A stretch of DNA of 56,216 nucleotides, the filler included, from Jimgerdemannia flammicorona (Eukaryota): assembly GCA_003990765.1 (NCBI GenBank). It is 3 parts of 3 records of this genome, joined end to end, with 100 filler letters (N's around TTAATTAATTAA, not from the genome) between each part and the next. Parts side by side here need not be neighbours in the genome. Positions count along the whole stretch, not along the records: positions 1 to 18,672 come from RBNJ01002140.1; 2 more parts are not named here. The stretch is one strand, 5' to 3'. The number at the start of each line of letters is the position of its first letter. The stretch's first letter is position 1. The notes beneath the pieces were generated by a model. The model was not told the origin of the DNA. It saw only the letters and a list, made by a program, of their open reading frames with translations, and ran no database searches. Of this stretch, positions 1 to 10,600 are shown in pieces. The position numbers were made by a program, and so were the translations under genes.

Positions 1-1070
1 GAGTGTGTCCTCAGGACACAGGTAAACAATCCTGATCTGGTGTCTTGGCTAATTATAAGTGTGGCAGGCATGAGTAACTATGATACACTGGAAGTCACAT
101 CATGCTGAGTAAGTATGCTAATTGTTCGTGTCATCTGGCTAAGTTATAATTCGGGTAGTATGTTCTGGTCCATTACAGTATATATTCTATAGTTAGCTAT
201 ATGACAACTAGGTAGCAACTAATTAGTATAAAATACCCCAGAGATAAGACTGAATAAACCTCAGTCTGAAATTTCAATTAAATATCTACTCTAGTTTACT
301 TTTTTATATAAAGAGAAGAGTCTAAAATTGAATCTAAAAGTAAAATACAAGTCTGCTTACTATATTAAGAGATATTCCTACTAAAAGCCACTTGACTCTA
401 AAGAAAAAAAATTATAATACTTAGAAGAAATATCTGCTCTAAAGCTACTTTAGAAGATTGTGAGTTTGATATCTGATTTATACTCTAGTCTACTTTCTAA
501 TACAAAGAAGAGAGATTGACTATCTTATCACAAAGCCAGTCTATTTGATATGTATAACTTTATAGTAAATTCACATTTATACAAATAAAGTTAGTCTTTG
601 ACATAACTTTGCTCAAGAATCTGTCACCATTTTCAAGTAGTCTGTCAGTTTAGAAGAATTTACACCATTTGAGTTATCTGAGTTAATATTATTCAAGAAG
701 CCTACTAATTTAGAAAGAATCTATATTCTCTATCAAACTGAGTCTTCTATTAAACTAAGTTATCTATATTAACCAAGTTATTCAAGTAGCTTATTGCTTA
801 TTAAGAAATCCTATCAAATTTGCCATATTATATAAGATTGTCAAGAAAATTATATCAGAAATTGCATATATAAGTAAATCTACTAACTATACAGAAATTA
901 CTATATAGAAATTATATAAGAAAACCCCTCATACTATATAGAGATCATCTACTACTTAAGAAGAAAACTACTCAAAAGGAAACTCATTTGTACTATACAA
1001 ATTACTTATACAATATATAAATTACTACTGTATCTAAGAATCATCTCAATTAGAAAATTAACTATTATAT
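1..1070 (+). repeat. Partial LTR related to the Gypsy-A LTR (older copy, interrupted by Gypsy-A)
   Basis: Colinear similarity to 1260-2050 and 15280-16070 (e.g. tatagttagctatat...tataaaataccccagagataag...aataaacc); similarity stops where the Gypsy-A 5' LTR begins. Confidence 0.6.
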
Positions 1071-2057
1071 TATTATGAGTAGTAAAATTGTACTACTGAA
1101 ATTATAAAATTATCACATATTATAATAACTAGGTAACTAAGACTGCTTGACTATACTAATCTGTATTAATAGCCAGAAAAATCAGAAATGATATATTTAT
1201 CTATATCTGAACCAGTATACTATACCTGAGTACTAAATCAGAATACTCACTATAAATAGTAATCTATAGTTAGCTATATAGCAATTAGATAGTAACTAAT
1301 TTGTATAAAATACCCCAGAGATAAGAATAAATAAACCTTAGTTTAAAATTGAATCTAAAGCAACAGCTTCCCTTTCTACTCTAGTCTACTTTTTAATACA
1401 AAGCTTTGAAGAGAAATCTGCTGCTTAAGGAATAAGTCATCTTTTGAGAAGTCTGCTACATTTTGATTTACTTACCAGATAAGTCTGAAGAATTTGAGGA
1501 ATCTGTCTCTTGCTATAAAGCTAGTCTACCTTGATATAACTTTATAGTAGAGCCAGTTCTTCAACCTAACTCTATGTAAATAAAGCCAGTTTCTGATATA
1601 ACTTTACTAAGAGAAGATTTCAAGTTAGTTTCCAGAGAGTCTACTATAGAAATCTTATTACAAACTAGTCTATTCTGATACAACTTTATAGTGAAGCCAG
1701 TCTATTTGATGTAACCCTATACAAATGAAGCCAGTCTTTGATGTAACTTATCAAGAATTTATACTATCTGAGTTATCAAGTTATCTACCATCTAAGTTAT
1801 TATTTAAGAGATCTGCTGATTTAGGAGAATTTATATTAAATCAAACTATCTGCCAAATCTATATAAGGAATATTATTGAGATTATCATAGAGAAATTATA
1901 TACTTTTGGAGATCATTATATTATATAAAGATTATTATATCATATAGAGATTATTATATAAAAATTATATTAGAAAACCTACTTACAAGATCATTATATA
2001 GAAATCATATACCTTTAGAGATTGTCATACTATGTATATAAAGATTACTCATCATAT
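1071..2057 (+). repeat. Gypsy-A 5' LTR, left part
   Basis: Aligns by eye with 15071-16029 up to aagattactcatcatat, where it is interrupted. Confidence 0.8.
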
Positions 2058-2181
2058 CTCTTTAACTATTTTGTATCTATATTTAGAGATAAGATTTTAA
2101 AGTTTATAACTTTTAAAATCATAATAGCTTTTAAAAAAAAAAAATTACTAATAATTTTTAATATAATAATTCTATCTTTGA

Positions 2182-2336
2182 CAAAGTGTCTATCGAGTGA
2201 CCAATTCAACGAAGTAGAAAAGGGGGGATTATGAAGCATAAAATATAGAATGTATATAGGGGATGAAGCAGGGTAGGTTTGGCTATATGGAAGCATATGC
2301 CTCCAAGGCCCGCTATTCACATTAGTGAAGGGGGCC
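2182..2336 (-). repeat. Ngaro split direct repeat B2 (155 bp)
   Basis: Near-identical to 2679-2833 (caaagtgtctatc...gaagggggcc). Confidence 0.9.
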
Positions 2337-2382
2337 TTCTTTTATTATATACTACTAAAAGGGGATGGGTGGAAGGGTTATG

Positions 2383-2678
2383 CAAACTGATTGTAAATTC
2401 TAGCAACTAATTGCAACTTGACATAGTATACACCTGACTAGCTGAGATGTGATGAATACTCAGTCGCTGGACCGATTATATTGTTACTAACTCGCATTAA
2501 TGGTTGGCATATTTTTAAAACACCACTAGCTAAGTTATCTTTGGTGTAGAAAGGGATAAGAAACTGCATGAAATGAGCTAAACTAAGTCTGCCAAGGGGA
2601 AATTGCATGATTGTTCTGCATAATGTTAAGTGGCTCTCAGCCACTTTGCTGAAGTTTGAATTGCATTCATAACTATAT
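2383..2678 (-). repeat. Ngaro split direct repeat A2 (~296 bp)
   Basis: Near-identical to 6849-7143 (caaactgattgtaaa...cataactatat). Confidence 0.9.
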
Positions 2679-2833
2679 CAAAGTGTCTATCAAGTGACCA
2701 ATTCAATGAAGTAGAAAAGGGGAGATTATGAAGCATAAAATGTAGAATGTGTATAGAGGATAAAGCGGGGTAGGTTTGGCTATATGGAAGCATATGCCTC
2801 CAAGGCCCGCCATTCACATTAGCGAAGGGGGCC
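2679..2833 (-). repeat. Ngaro split direct repeat B1
   Basis: Copy of 2182-2336, directly abutting A2. Confidence 0.9.
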
Positions 2834-2899
2834 AAAACTGCAGGCCTGGGAAGTGGTTTTAGGCTCCTAATGGTGCCATAAACCACTTATGGGCGAAAT

Positions 2900-3860
2900 T
2901 CAGCCATTACCAGCCAAACCCATGGCCTGCTGAAGATCGGGTAGAGAGAGTCCTACTAGTGTTGCCATGGTTTTGGAGAGAATGTGGTCAAGGTGTCGAA
3001 TGTAGTGGAGAAATATGGTAGATTTCCATCGACCAGTGAGTTGAATGATATGATCAGGATAGCTCCTGGCTGCCAGAAGCATGGCACCACCAATTCAAAA
3101 GGAGTGACTATAAATACCGACAGCTAGGGAGGTGCCTATAAGTGGAGATCGAATCACTTCAATGAATGTAGATTGAGAAAGTGGTTGGTCCAGGCTAAGG
3201 TAGAAGGCGGGGTCATGAGGTTGCACTGGGAGAATATGGACCATGTTATCAATTATAGTGCACGGGCAATCGAAGGCACCAGAGAAGCCAAGGAAGACGT
3301 CACCTGCTCTGCCTGTTTTTGTTCGGGAAAGATGTAGAGCCCAGAATGGTTGAGAAAGGGTGTCATCCTGTTGGCGATGAAGATGGTGATGACAAATTTG
3401 CCAATTCAGATTGAATATGGAGCCATCTTGAGTAGTAAATTCACCAACATACATTAAGCCATAAAAAGCAGAGCACACTGCTGCCCAAATAGTAGCACCA
3501 AAAGGAGTGTCTATATGGAGAGAGAGATGGATAGACCAGAGGTGTTGGCACATAATAGGAAGCCAGTCAAGTGAACTGGAAGGTGGTGGGTGAGTCTGAA
3601 TAGACTTCATAATGGTGTTGAAGAGGGGTAGAGAAAGGTGCTGGAGTGGAGGACCACACCAGTGAGTGACCTGATAGTCTGCAAGATCATAGAAGTAGTT
3701 CTTGATGGTGGAGTAGGGCTTGCCATCTTGGACAAGCCAAAGAGCCCAATAACTGAGTAATTCATCTTGAAGAGGGAAAGCAGCGGCCTCTATGATATTG
3801 CAGGAGTTGAGAAATCAGTGTAGAGAATTAGTGCCTGACCAGATGTTACTCATTCAAGTG
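2900..3860 (-). pseudogene. Tyrosine recombinase of the Ngaro element, disrupted
   Basis: ORFs 3095-3610 and 2900-3082 are in one frame, split by TGA at the Arg of HSFR; motifs AFYGLMxVGEF, SRTKT, CPC, GRWKS, YIR. Start approximate. Confidence 0.85.
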
Positions 3861-5533
3861 TGGGTGCATTGGTAGAGGCAGGTGTCAAATTGATGGTGAA
3901 GCCAAAGAGGGATATGATTAATGTAGGCAATGGGTCCTGGGGATGTGGAGGAAGTATATGGTGAGATAAGGAATCCACAGGGTTAGATGCTGAAGAGATA
4001 TAACAAGCTTGAATTTCGAATCTGATTTCGAGACGTAAGAGAATGATATGATGAAGTAAGTCATTGATAAGAAGATGATGGCATGCCCAACCACTGGTCA
4101 ATGATTTGACACAGGGCTGGCTATCACACCAGAGAATAATACATTGAGAATGAAATAAGGGGCCCCAGAGCACCAACAAGACCCAAATGGCAAACATTTC
4201 TTTCCAGAATATGTCATAGCCATTCAGATCTAAGAAGGAGAGAGCCCAATGAGTGCTCCACCAGTGTTGGCCCAGCAGGCCGCCAGCACCAAGTGTCCCA
4301 GATGCATCTGTAAACAGACCACAATCAAGCCACTCAGAATGGCAGAGCAGGTGATGACCTGGCCATGAGTGTAGAATATCATACCACCACTGTAAGTCAG
4401 TGGCTAGTTGAGGAGGTGGAAAATGCCGCCCCACATAGGGCAGTTTCCAAGAGGAAGCAAAGCGAATGATGCCATCACAAAACACCTTTCCATCTGGAAG
4501 TATTTGAACAATGCACATAAGATGGCCCGAGAGTGATTGAGCTTCATAGTGTGAATATGGACATAGACAGTATGATCGAGTCTGCTGAGCCGGTATAAGC
4601 CATGATGCTAGTAAGGTGAGAATGCGTGTGTGTTTCTCTATTGGGAGACTAATCATCATTGTTGGAGCATCGAGAATGAAGCCAACATACTCTATAGTTG
4701 GAGTAGGAGGAATATCTTTGGAGGGTTTGAGTGGGAGGCTGAATCGAGATGCAATAGCATGAAATTGATTATAGGAGGAGAATGCGCTGGACGGAGGTGT
4801 GACATAGATAAAGTCATCAACGAAATGGCCCAAGTTAGGAAGATCATACAGTTGAATACAGATCCAGGTAAAGAGGTCCATGAGAGATGTGAAGATAAAG
4901 GGAGTGGAGTGAAGACCAAAGGGGAGGAACATGTCGAGGAAGAAAAGACCAAGCCAGCAGATACCCTGTATAGCCCAATCAGAGCAGTGTACTGGGATGG
5001 TGTGGAAGGCATCAGCTACATCGGCCTTCCAGAAGAGTGCAGTAGAGCTGACTGAGAGGAGAAGGAGAATGATGGCTTGAATGGACTGGTACTGGATTGA
5101 GAACTCCTCAGGATCGATTCTGTCATTGACTGAACTCCCATAGGGAAAGGATAGATATTATATAGTACAAAATTTGGACAAGTGCTTCTTAGGAATGGCA
5201 CCGAGGGGTACATTGCGAAAGGGGCAGAATTCTGGTAGTATAGAGGAGAGAGACAAAAATGGGCCAAGATAGCAACCCACAGCTAGCTCAGTGAGAATGT
5301 TGGTGGAGAGAACTTCTTGATGCTGGTAAGCGAAGGTAAGGTTGTCAGATATGAGGTCGATGTGAAGCTCAGGGTGAGAGTGATTTCCGTGCTGATAACC
5401 ATAATAGAGACCTGTTAGGTGGTACTAAACGAGTGATTGGTTTGGATGCGAATGCAGTACCCTTTTCCACTCCTTAATATGGTATGGGGTGGTTGGGTGA
5501 CTAGAAGTGGGGGGAATCGAGAGATTAGCCATG
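3850..5533 (-). pseudogene. RT/RNase H of the Ngaro element, disrupted
   Basis: ORF 3850-4932 has LPFGLHSTPFIF, HFVDDF, LFTDASG, EMFAI and WCDS; the upstream frame reads PLGAIPKK...LSFP..SSVNDRI. Start approximate. Confidence 0.88.
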
Positions 5534-6851
5534 GCGAGCAGAGCAAGCTGGGGCTGTGTAAGGTCCATAGTAGAAGAGGCATATGTGCACTTGACCACAG
5601 TTTCGATAGGAGCAACCAGAGCTGTTAAAGTTACGACAGACTGAGCTTGCTGCACCATCTGGGTAGATAGGATTGTCTGGCTTGGATAGGAAAGTAGGAT
5701 GCTGGAGTGGGGTTTGGGTGCAGGAGCTGATGGCATGTCCCTGCACCCCACATCGAAAGTACAAGAGGTTGGTGGATGAGACCGGTTTTGGGCTACCAGC
5801 CAGGTGGGCAGTTGATGAACTTCCCGCCACATGAGATCCAGCATAGGAGAACATAGAGCGATGTTGGTATGCTAAGGGTGCTGAGGAAGGTTGGCCGACG
5901 ATTGTGGCAAACCATGTCTGGATTGCCAATGTCCAAGTCAGAGAAGGAGGCCTTGAGTGTATGAACTTGACGGTCAAAGCATTGAAGTGCCACCCAGTCA
6001 TAATGATCATTTATCGCTTTAATGATAAAGATTGCATGGGCAAGAAGTTGAGGAGCATGGGATGCATGCAAGGTCGATCAGGTGGTACCCAGAGCCAGTA
6101 GAGCACCTCAGATGTTAAAGATGGCTTTGAGCCACAGTGGTTGATCTAGGTTGCAGTCAAGCATGTGTATATCTGCTTTTTTGCAGCTGCTTGATCGTGA
6201 AATAAGAGTACTGCTGGTCCATTTGGATAGAATCTGATAGTCGCCTGCATCTAGTGATGCCAGTAAGTTAGGCAGTACCCAATTCCATCGAAGCATGGCA
6301 TCCGAAATGAGAGATGAGGAAGACTCACCACTTTGCAGATTTGGCAGCAATTGCAATGTCAACCTTGTCATGGGAGGTGGTGGCATAAAGGGGGCCATAG
6401 CTGAGGGAGGAGTAGTGGCCAGTAGAGGAATTGCCTGTGACAAGCCCACTGGTAGCCCTAATACTGGCGGAGTAATTAAGTTGGGGCCTGTCAGTATAAT
6501 GGACAGATATATTGTAAGGTGCCCAACTAAAGTGGGGATTAAGCATTCAATAAGGGCATCTTCAGCTTACTCTCCAATAATCAGCTGAGGTGGAGGGTCG
6601 GGACTTGGATGGTGTGAGTTGAGATGCATAACTAGTGCGGCTTTTTGACCTTCGACTGGCAGATGATGTTCGTGACACAGTGCAACTAGCTGTTCTTTGT
6701 GACAAGTGCATAGGCCAGATAGATTGGGAATGGGGGAGGGGTGAGATTCATGTAAGGGGGCTAGGGGGGCAACTGGTCTTGGGGCTATAGCTGATTTCAA
6801 AGGACCATGAGACCAAGTGCGAATTGGGGGCATTGTGAATGTGGTACACAA
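5525..6851 (-). pseudogene. gag-like ORF1 of the Ngaro element (SAP-like motif, zinc knuckle, CCCH finger), fragmented
   Basis: xFRCGVQGHAISSC knuckle and CRNFNSSGCSYRNCGQVHIC in ORF 5525-6010; KEQLVALCHEHHLPVEGQKAALVMHL in ORF 6567-6851. Confidence 0.75.
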
Positions 6852-7143
6852 ACTGATTGTAAATACTAGCGACTAATTGCAACTTGGTGTAGTATAGCTT
6901 GACTAGCTGAGATGCGACGAATACTCAGTTGCTAGACCAATTACATTATTACTAACTCGCATTAATGGTTGGTGTATTTTTAAAACACCACTAGCTAAGT
7001 TATCTTTGGTGTAGAAAGGGACAAAAAACTGCATGAAATGAGCTAAACTAAGTCCGTCAAGGGGAAATTGCATGATTGTTCTGCATAATGTTAAGCGGCT
7101 CTCGGCTACTTTGCTGAAGTTTGAATTGCATTCATAACTATAT
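6849..7143 (-). repeat. Ngaro 5' terminal repeat A1
   Basis: Copy of 2383-2678. Confidence 0.9.
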
Positions 7144-7293
7144 TAAAAATATTATAAAAAAAAAAACAATTTTTTTTTAAACAAATGAGATATATTTTTA
7201 ACAGAAAAACATTCTTTCAAAAAATCATATTTTTCAAACTCCAATTTGTCTACTAAATGATTTTAAAGGACTATCTTATCTACTGTTAAAGAG

Positions 7294-7510
7294 ATAAATT
7301 ACCACTATACCCAAGAACTATCCTAATAAGGAAATTGATATACAAATTGCCACTATATTTAAATTTTATTATTATACTACTAAATACTGATAAGATTACT
7401 AGAAATTTTAAAATATTTTGTTACTTTTTAACAAAATAACTGGGGGCTCAAGCTAAACTATATCAATTTCTAACCTTATAATTTACTACTATTGAGCAGG
7501 GCATATTACA
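7294..7510 (+). repeat. Gypsy-A 5' LTR, right part
   Basis: Resumes alignment with 16030-16177; ends ...catattaca just before the PBS. Confidence 0.75.
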
Positions 7511-7512
7511 TT

Positions 7513-7529
7513 TGGGGGCTCAACTGGGA
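7513..7529 (+). promoter_or_regulatory. Primer binding site, tRNA-Pro-like
   Basis: tgggggctcaactggga lies 2 nt after the LTR end and resembles the complement of the tRNA-Pro 3' end (TGGGGGCTCG.CCGGGA) with two CpG transitions. Confidence 0.65.
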
Positions 7530-7666
7530 AGATTTTGAAGTCATATAAGAACTCTTAACTGAGAAGATTTTGAAATCTATACAATAACTCTTAACTGAAA
7601 AATTTCAAAATCAATATGACTTTTTAGCTTATAAGAACCTATAGTCAAACTAAATATATATATTTA

Positions 7667-10600
7667 ATGCAATACTAATCTCTGTCACTACAGGAGATCT
7701 AGTCATTACCAGTATTTGAATAAGAAGAGAAGTAATTACTTCAAGACTTGCCAACTACCCAACATCAGAAAGATCTCAACCAAAAGATAGTATAGTATAG
7801 AATCCTCAACCAGTACTAACAGATTTACCACCAGATCAATCAAATTATATAGACAGTCCTGCCAGAGTTCTTGATGAGCTTATACAATAACTTGAAGACC
7901 TTGTTGTACAAACCCAATTTCCTGCAGAAGTTCTATCAATTTTACCCATTAAACCTCTACCATCAGCTGTTACAGAACAAGAACAAAGAGTAGCTCCTTC
8001 AAGAACACCCAGACCTATTACACCTTACCCAAGATCTATAACACTATCCTCAGAATACTCTAGTATCCTAAACTTCAGCAATAATTCAGAAAGTGAACCA
8101 GAATTAGAACTAGAATTAGAACTAGAATCAGAACCAGAATTAGAATCAGAAAACAGTAATAATGAAATAGCTACTCTATTGCCAACCTTTGCAAGATATT
8201 CAAAAGAAGATCTCAGAGAATTTCTTAATAGAATTGAAGAAATCACAGCTCTAAAGAACCTCTATTCTGAAAGAAAAGTTACTATCTATAAGACCCAACT
8301 TAGAGAGCCAGTCAAGCGAATTTTCACTCAAGTAAGAAATGATGTATATTCAGATCTTAGAGCAGTCATCTATATAGCACTAATCTGGCTAACAGAGTAT
8401 GAAGCCATAATCCACTGGCTCATTGAGAAGTATGCAGGAAATAAGACCTACTATAAGACCTAAGAATCTATAGATAAATCTTAGAGAATCTCCTAGGGCA
8501 TTCTTTACAAAAATCCAAAGAGAATATATATAGCTGAGTTCAAAGCCACCAACTAAGACATCATAGGCCCAATGACCTTTATGAATGAGATTTTCCTAAA
8601 TATTACTCAGTATATCTGTATCCTAGATATTAGAAGATCTGAACAGTAAATAGATATAGCCTAAGGATTTTTTGATATCAGATAAGGAACTATCTAGAGT
8701 GACCATGATAAGAAGGATGACAAAGAGGATATCTTTGTCAAAGCCCTATAAGGACTCCTTTAAGAATAGAAAAGATCTGAAGAAAGAAAGTCAGCTAAAG
8801 AATAGAAGAAGGATAGGAATAAAATCTAAGACCTTAGTTCCAAGTTGGATCAATTGGTTGAGCAGATTGAAAAACTCATCACATGTGAAAATCAGAGTTA
8901 CCTACAGAACAACCAAGAGTATATACCACAAAGGAACCAAGGATATCCACTCAGAGATAATAGAAGTTATCAGCAAAAAGAAAGAAGATATTCTGTTTGA
9001 GACAGAGCTCAAGACCAATGTTTCTACTGTAGACAATTTGGGCACTATATCACTGAATTTAACAATAAAAGAAGTGACTCAAGGGACTCAGAACTCCTAA
9101 ATCAAAAGAATGAAACCCAATATAAGAGAACTGAAGCCCATCCTGTCGAAGACTTCAAAAAAGAAAGCAATAGTGAAGACTACAGTAATTCCTGCCAAGG
9201 TCATTATTAGAGACAGTCTACCCAGCAAAGAAAAGGAAGATATCTATAAAAAGACCATTCAGAAACACCAGCAGAAGAATCATCCAAGAAGAAAATGAAG
9301 AATATGAAGAAGAGTAAGTAGAAATACCTCTCCAATCTCTCTCACCTTTTGTCTCTAAAACAAATAAACTATCTTAGAGAATAAAGAAATTGAGTAAGAA
9401 GATCAGGAGCCTGCTTCTCCAAAACCCAAAAAGAAGTATACTCCAAAAACTATATTTAGAGATATTTACCATGAAGTCTGGCAGAAGATTCAAGAAGCCA
9501 AGATAGAAGTCTCTTGTCTGCAATTCCTACAACTGATATCTGCTGAAGTTTAAAACAAATTATTGAGAACTATCAGATCTAGCACTGGCTGAGTTCCAAT
9601 CCTACAAAAAGAGCCAGCTTTAACCACCATTCAGACCATAGAAAGGTATATTAGCACTTACTTATATAGAGATATTAGAGGACAAAAGGCAAAAATCCTT
9701 ATTGACACAGGAGCAGCTATCTGTGTTATTGTCAAATGATTTGTAGACACCCTCCAATGGTCCATTAATGGACCATCCAATCTCAGTATTATAGTAACAG
9801 ATGGAGCCTGAACTTAACCTCTTGGAGAAGTATGAAACATCATTATTTCTCTGAGACACATTCAGTTCTCTATCCAAAAAGCTATTATAGCCAAAGCTAT
9901 CACTTATGACATAATACTTAGCACCAACTAGATAAATGAAATAAATGCAGTTATTGATATTAGGCAATAATTACTTAAATTTGACTACTGAGGAAAGAAG
10001 TATAGAGATAAAGTGATCAGCTATGAGTAGTCAAGAAAAAGAAGAAGGATACTATCTAGGAAGAGTATGTCAGTAGTAAAGAGTCTACCACAGAAGAGGA
10101 AGAAGAATCTGAAGATAGAAATGATCCCAGACCCAATTCCTAAATCAACCTTGTAGATGATAGGTGAGAAGAGAATATATGGGCTAGGATACTGTCTCTA
10201 TTACAATTAGAACTATTGTAGAACAAATCAAAAGATGCCCCATCTATCTCAAAAGACACAAGTATTCTGAATACTCTTCCAAGATCATTAGAATAAGAAA
10301 TTTATCTAGTACAGCCTGCTCTGAGTATAGAAAAAAAAAAGAAGAAATACAGATATATTCTAGAAATATCTATAACTGAAGCTATAGAAGTATAAGCAAT
10401 TTGGAGTCAAAAAATATCTGAGAAAGAAGGAACCCCTGAACAAGAGATTTTCAAGCAGGAAGAGCTCTCCTGGGATGATCCTTACTGGACACTACTAGAA
10501 AATAATAACTCTTAAAATACTAAAGAAGAATCTAGTACAATTACTATTATTCCAAAACAAGAAACATATTAGGAAAAAGTCTTTTGACTAGGAAGATATT

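Larger units (their letters stand above)
2182..7143 (-). mobile_element. Ngaro-like tyrosine-recombinase (DIRS order) retrotransposon with split direct repeats
   Basis: A1-gag-RT/RH-YR-B1-A2-B2 repeat layout on the minus strand; RT LPFGLHSTP/FVDD; RNase H TDAS; YR HSF(R)IGGA...GRWKS...YIR; no methyltransferase domain seen. Confidence 0.9.
2058..7293. mobile_element. Small AT-rich non-autonomous TIR element (MITE-like, ~275 bp when reassembled) split by the Ngaro insertion
   Basis: Sequence absent from the 3' LTR; it starts ctctttaac (2058-2066), ends gttaaagag (7285-7293) and is flanked by AT on both sides. Confidence 0.5.

Noticed and set aside
4..20. Inverted repeat tgtgtcc-tca-ggacaca
   Set aside because: Single 7-bp stem at the window edge with no supporting context.
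1725..2234. Short AT-rich ORFs (also 27285-27494, 43477-44222)
   Set aside because: I/Y/L/K-rich chance frames inside decayed LTR or copia sequence.
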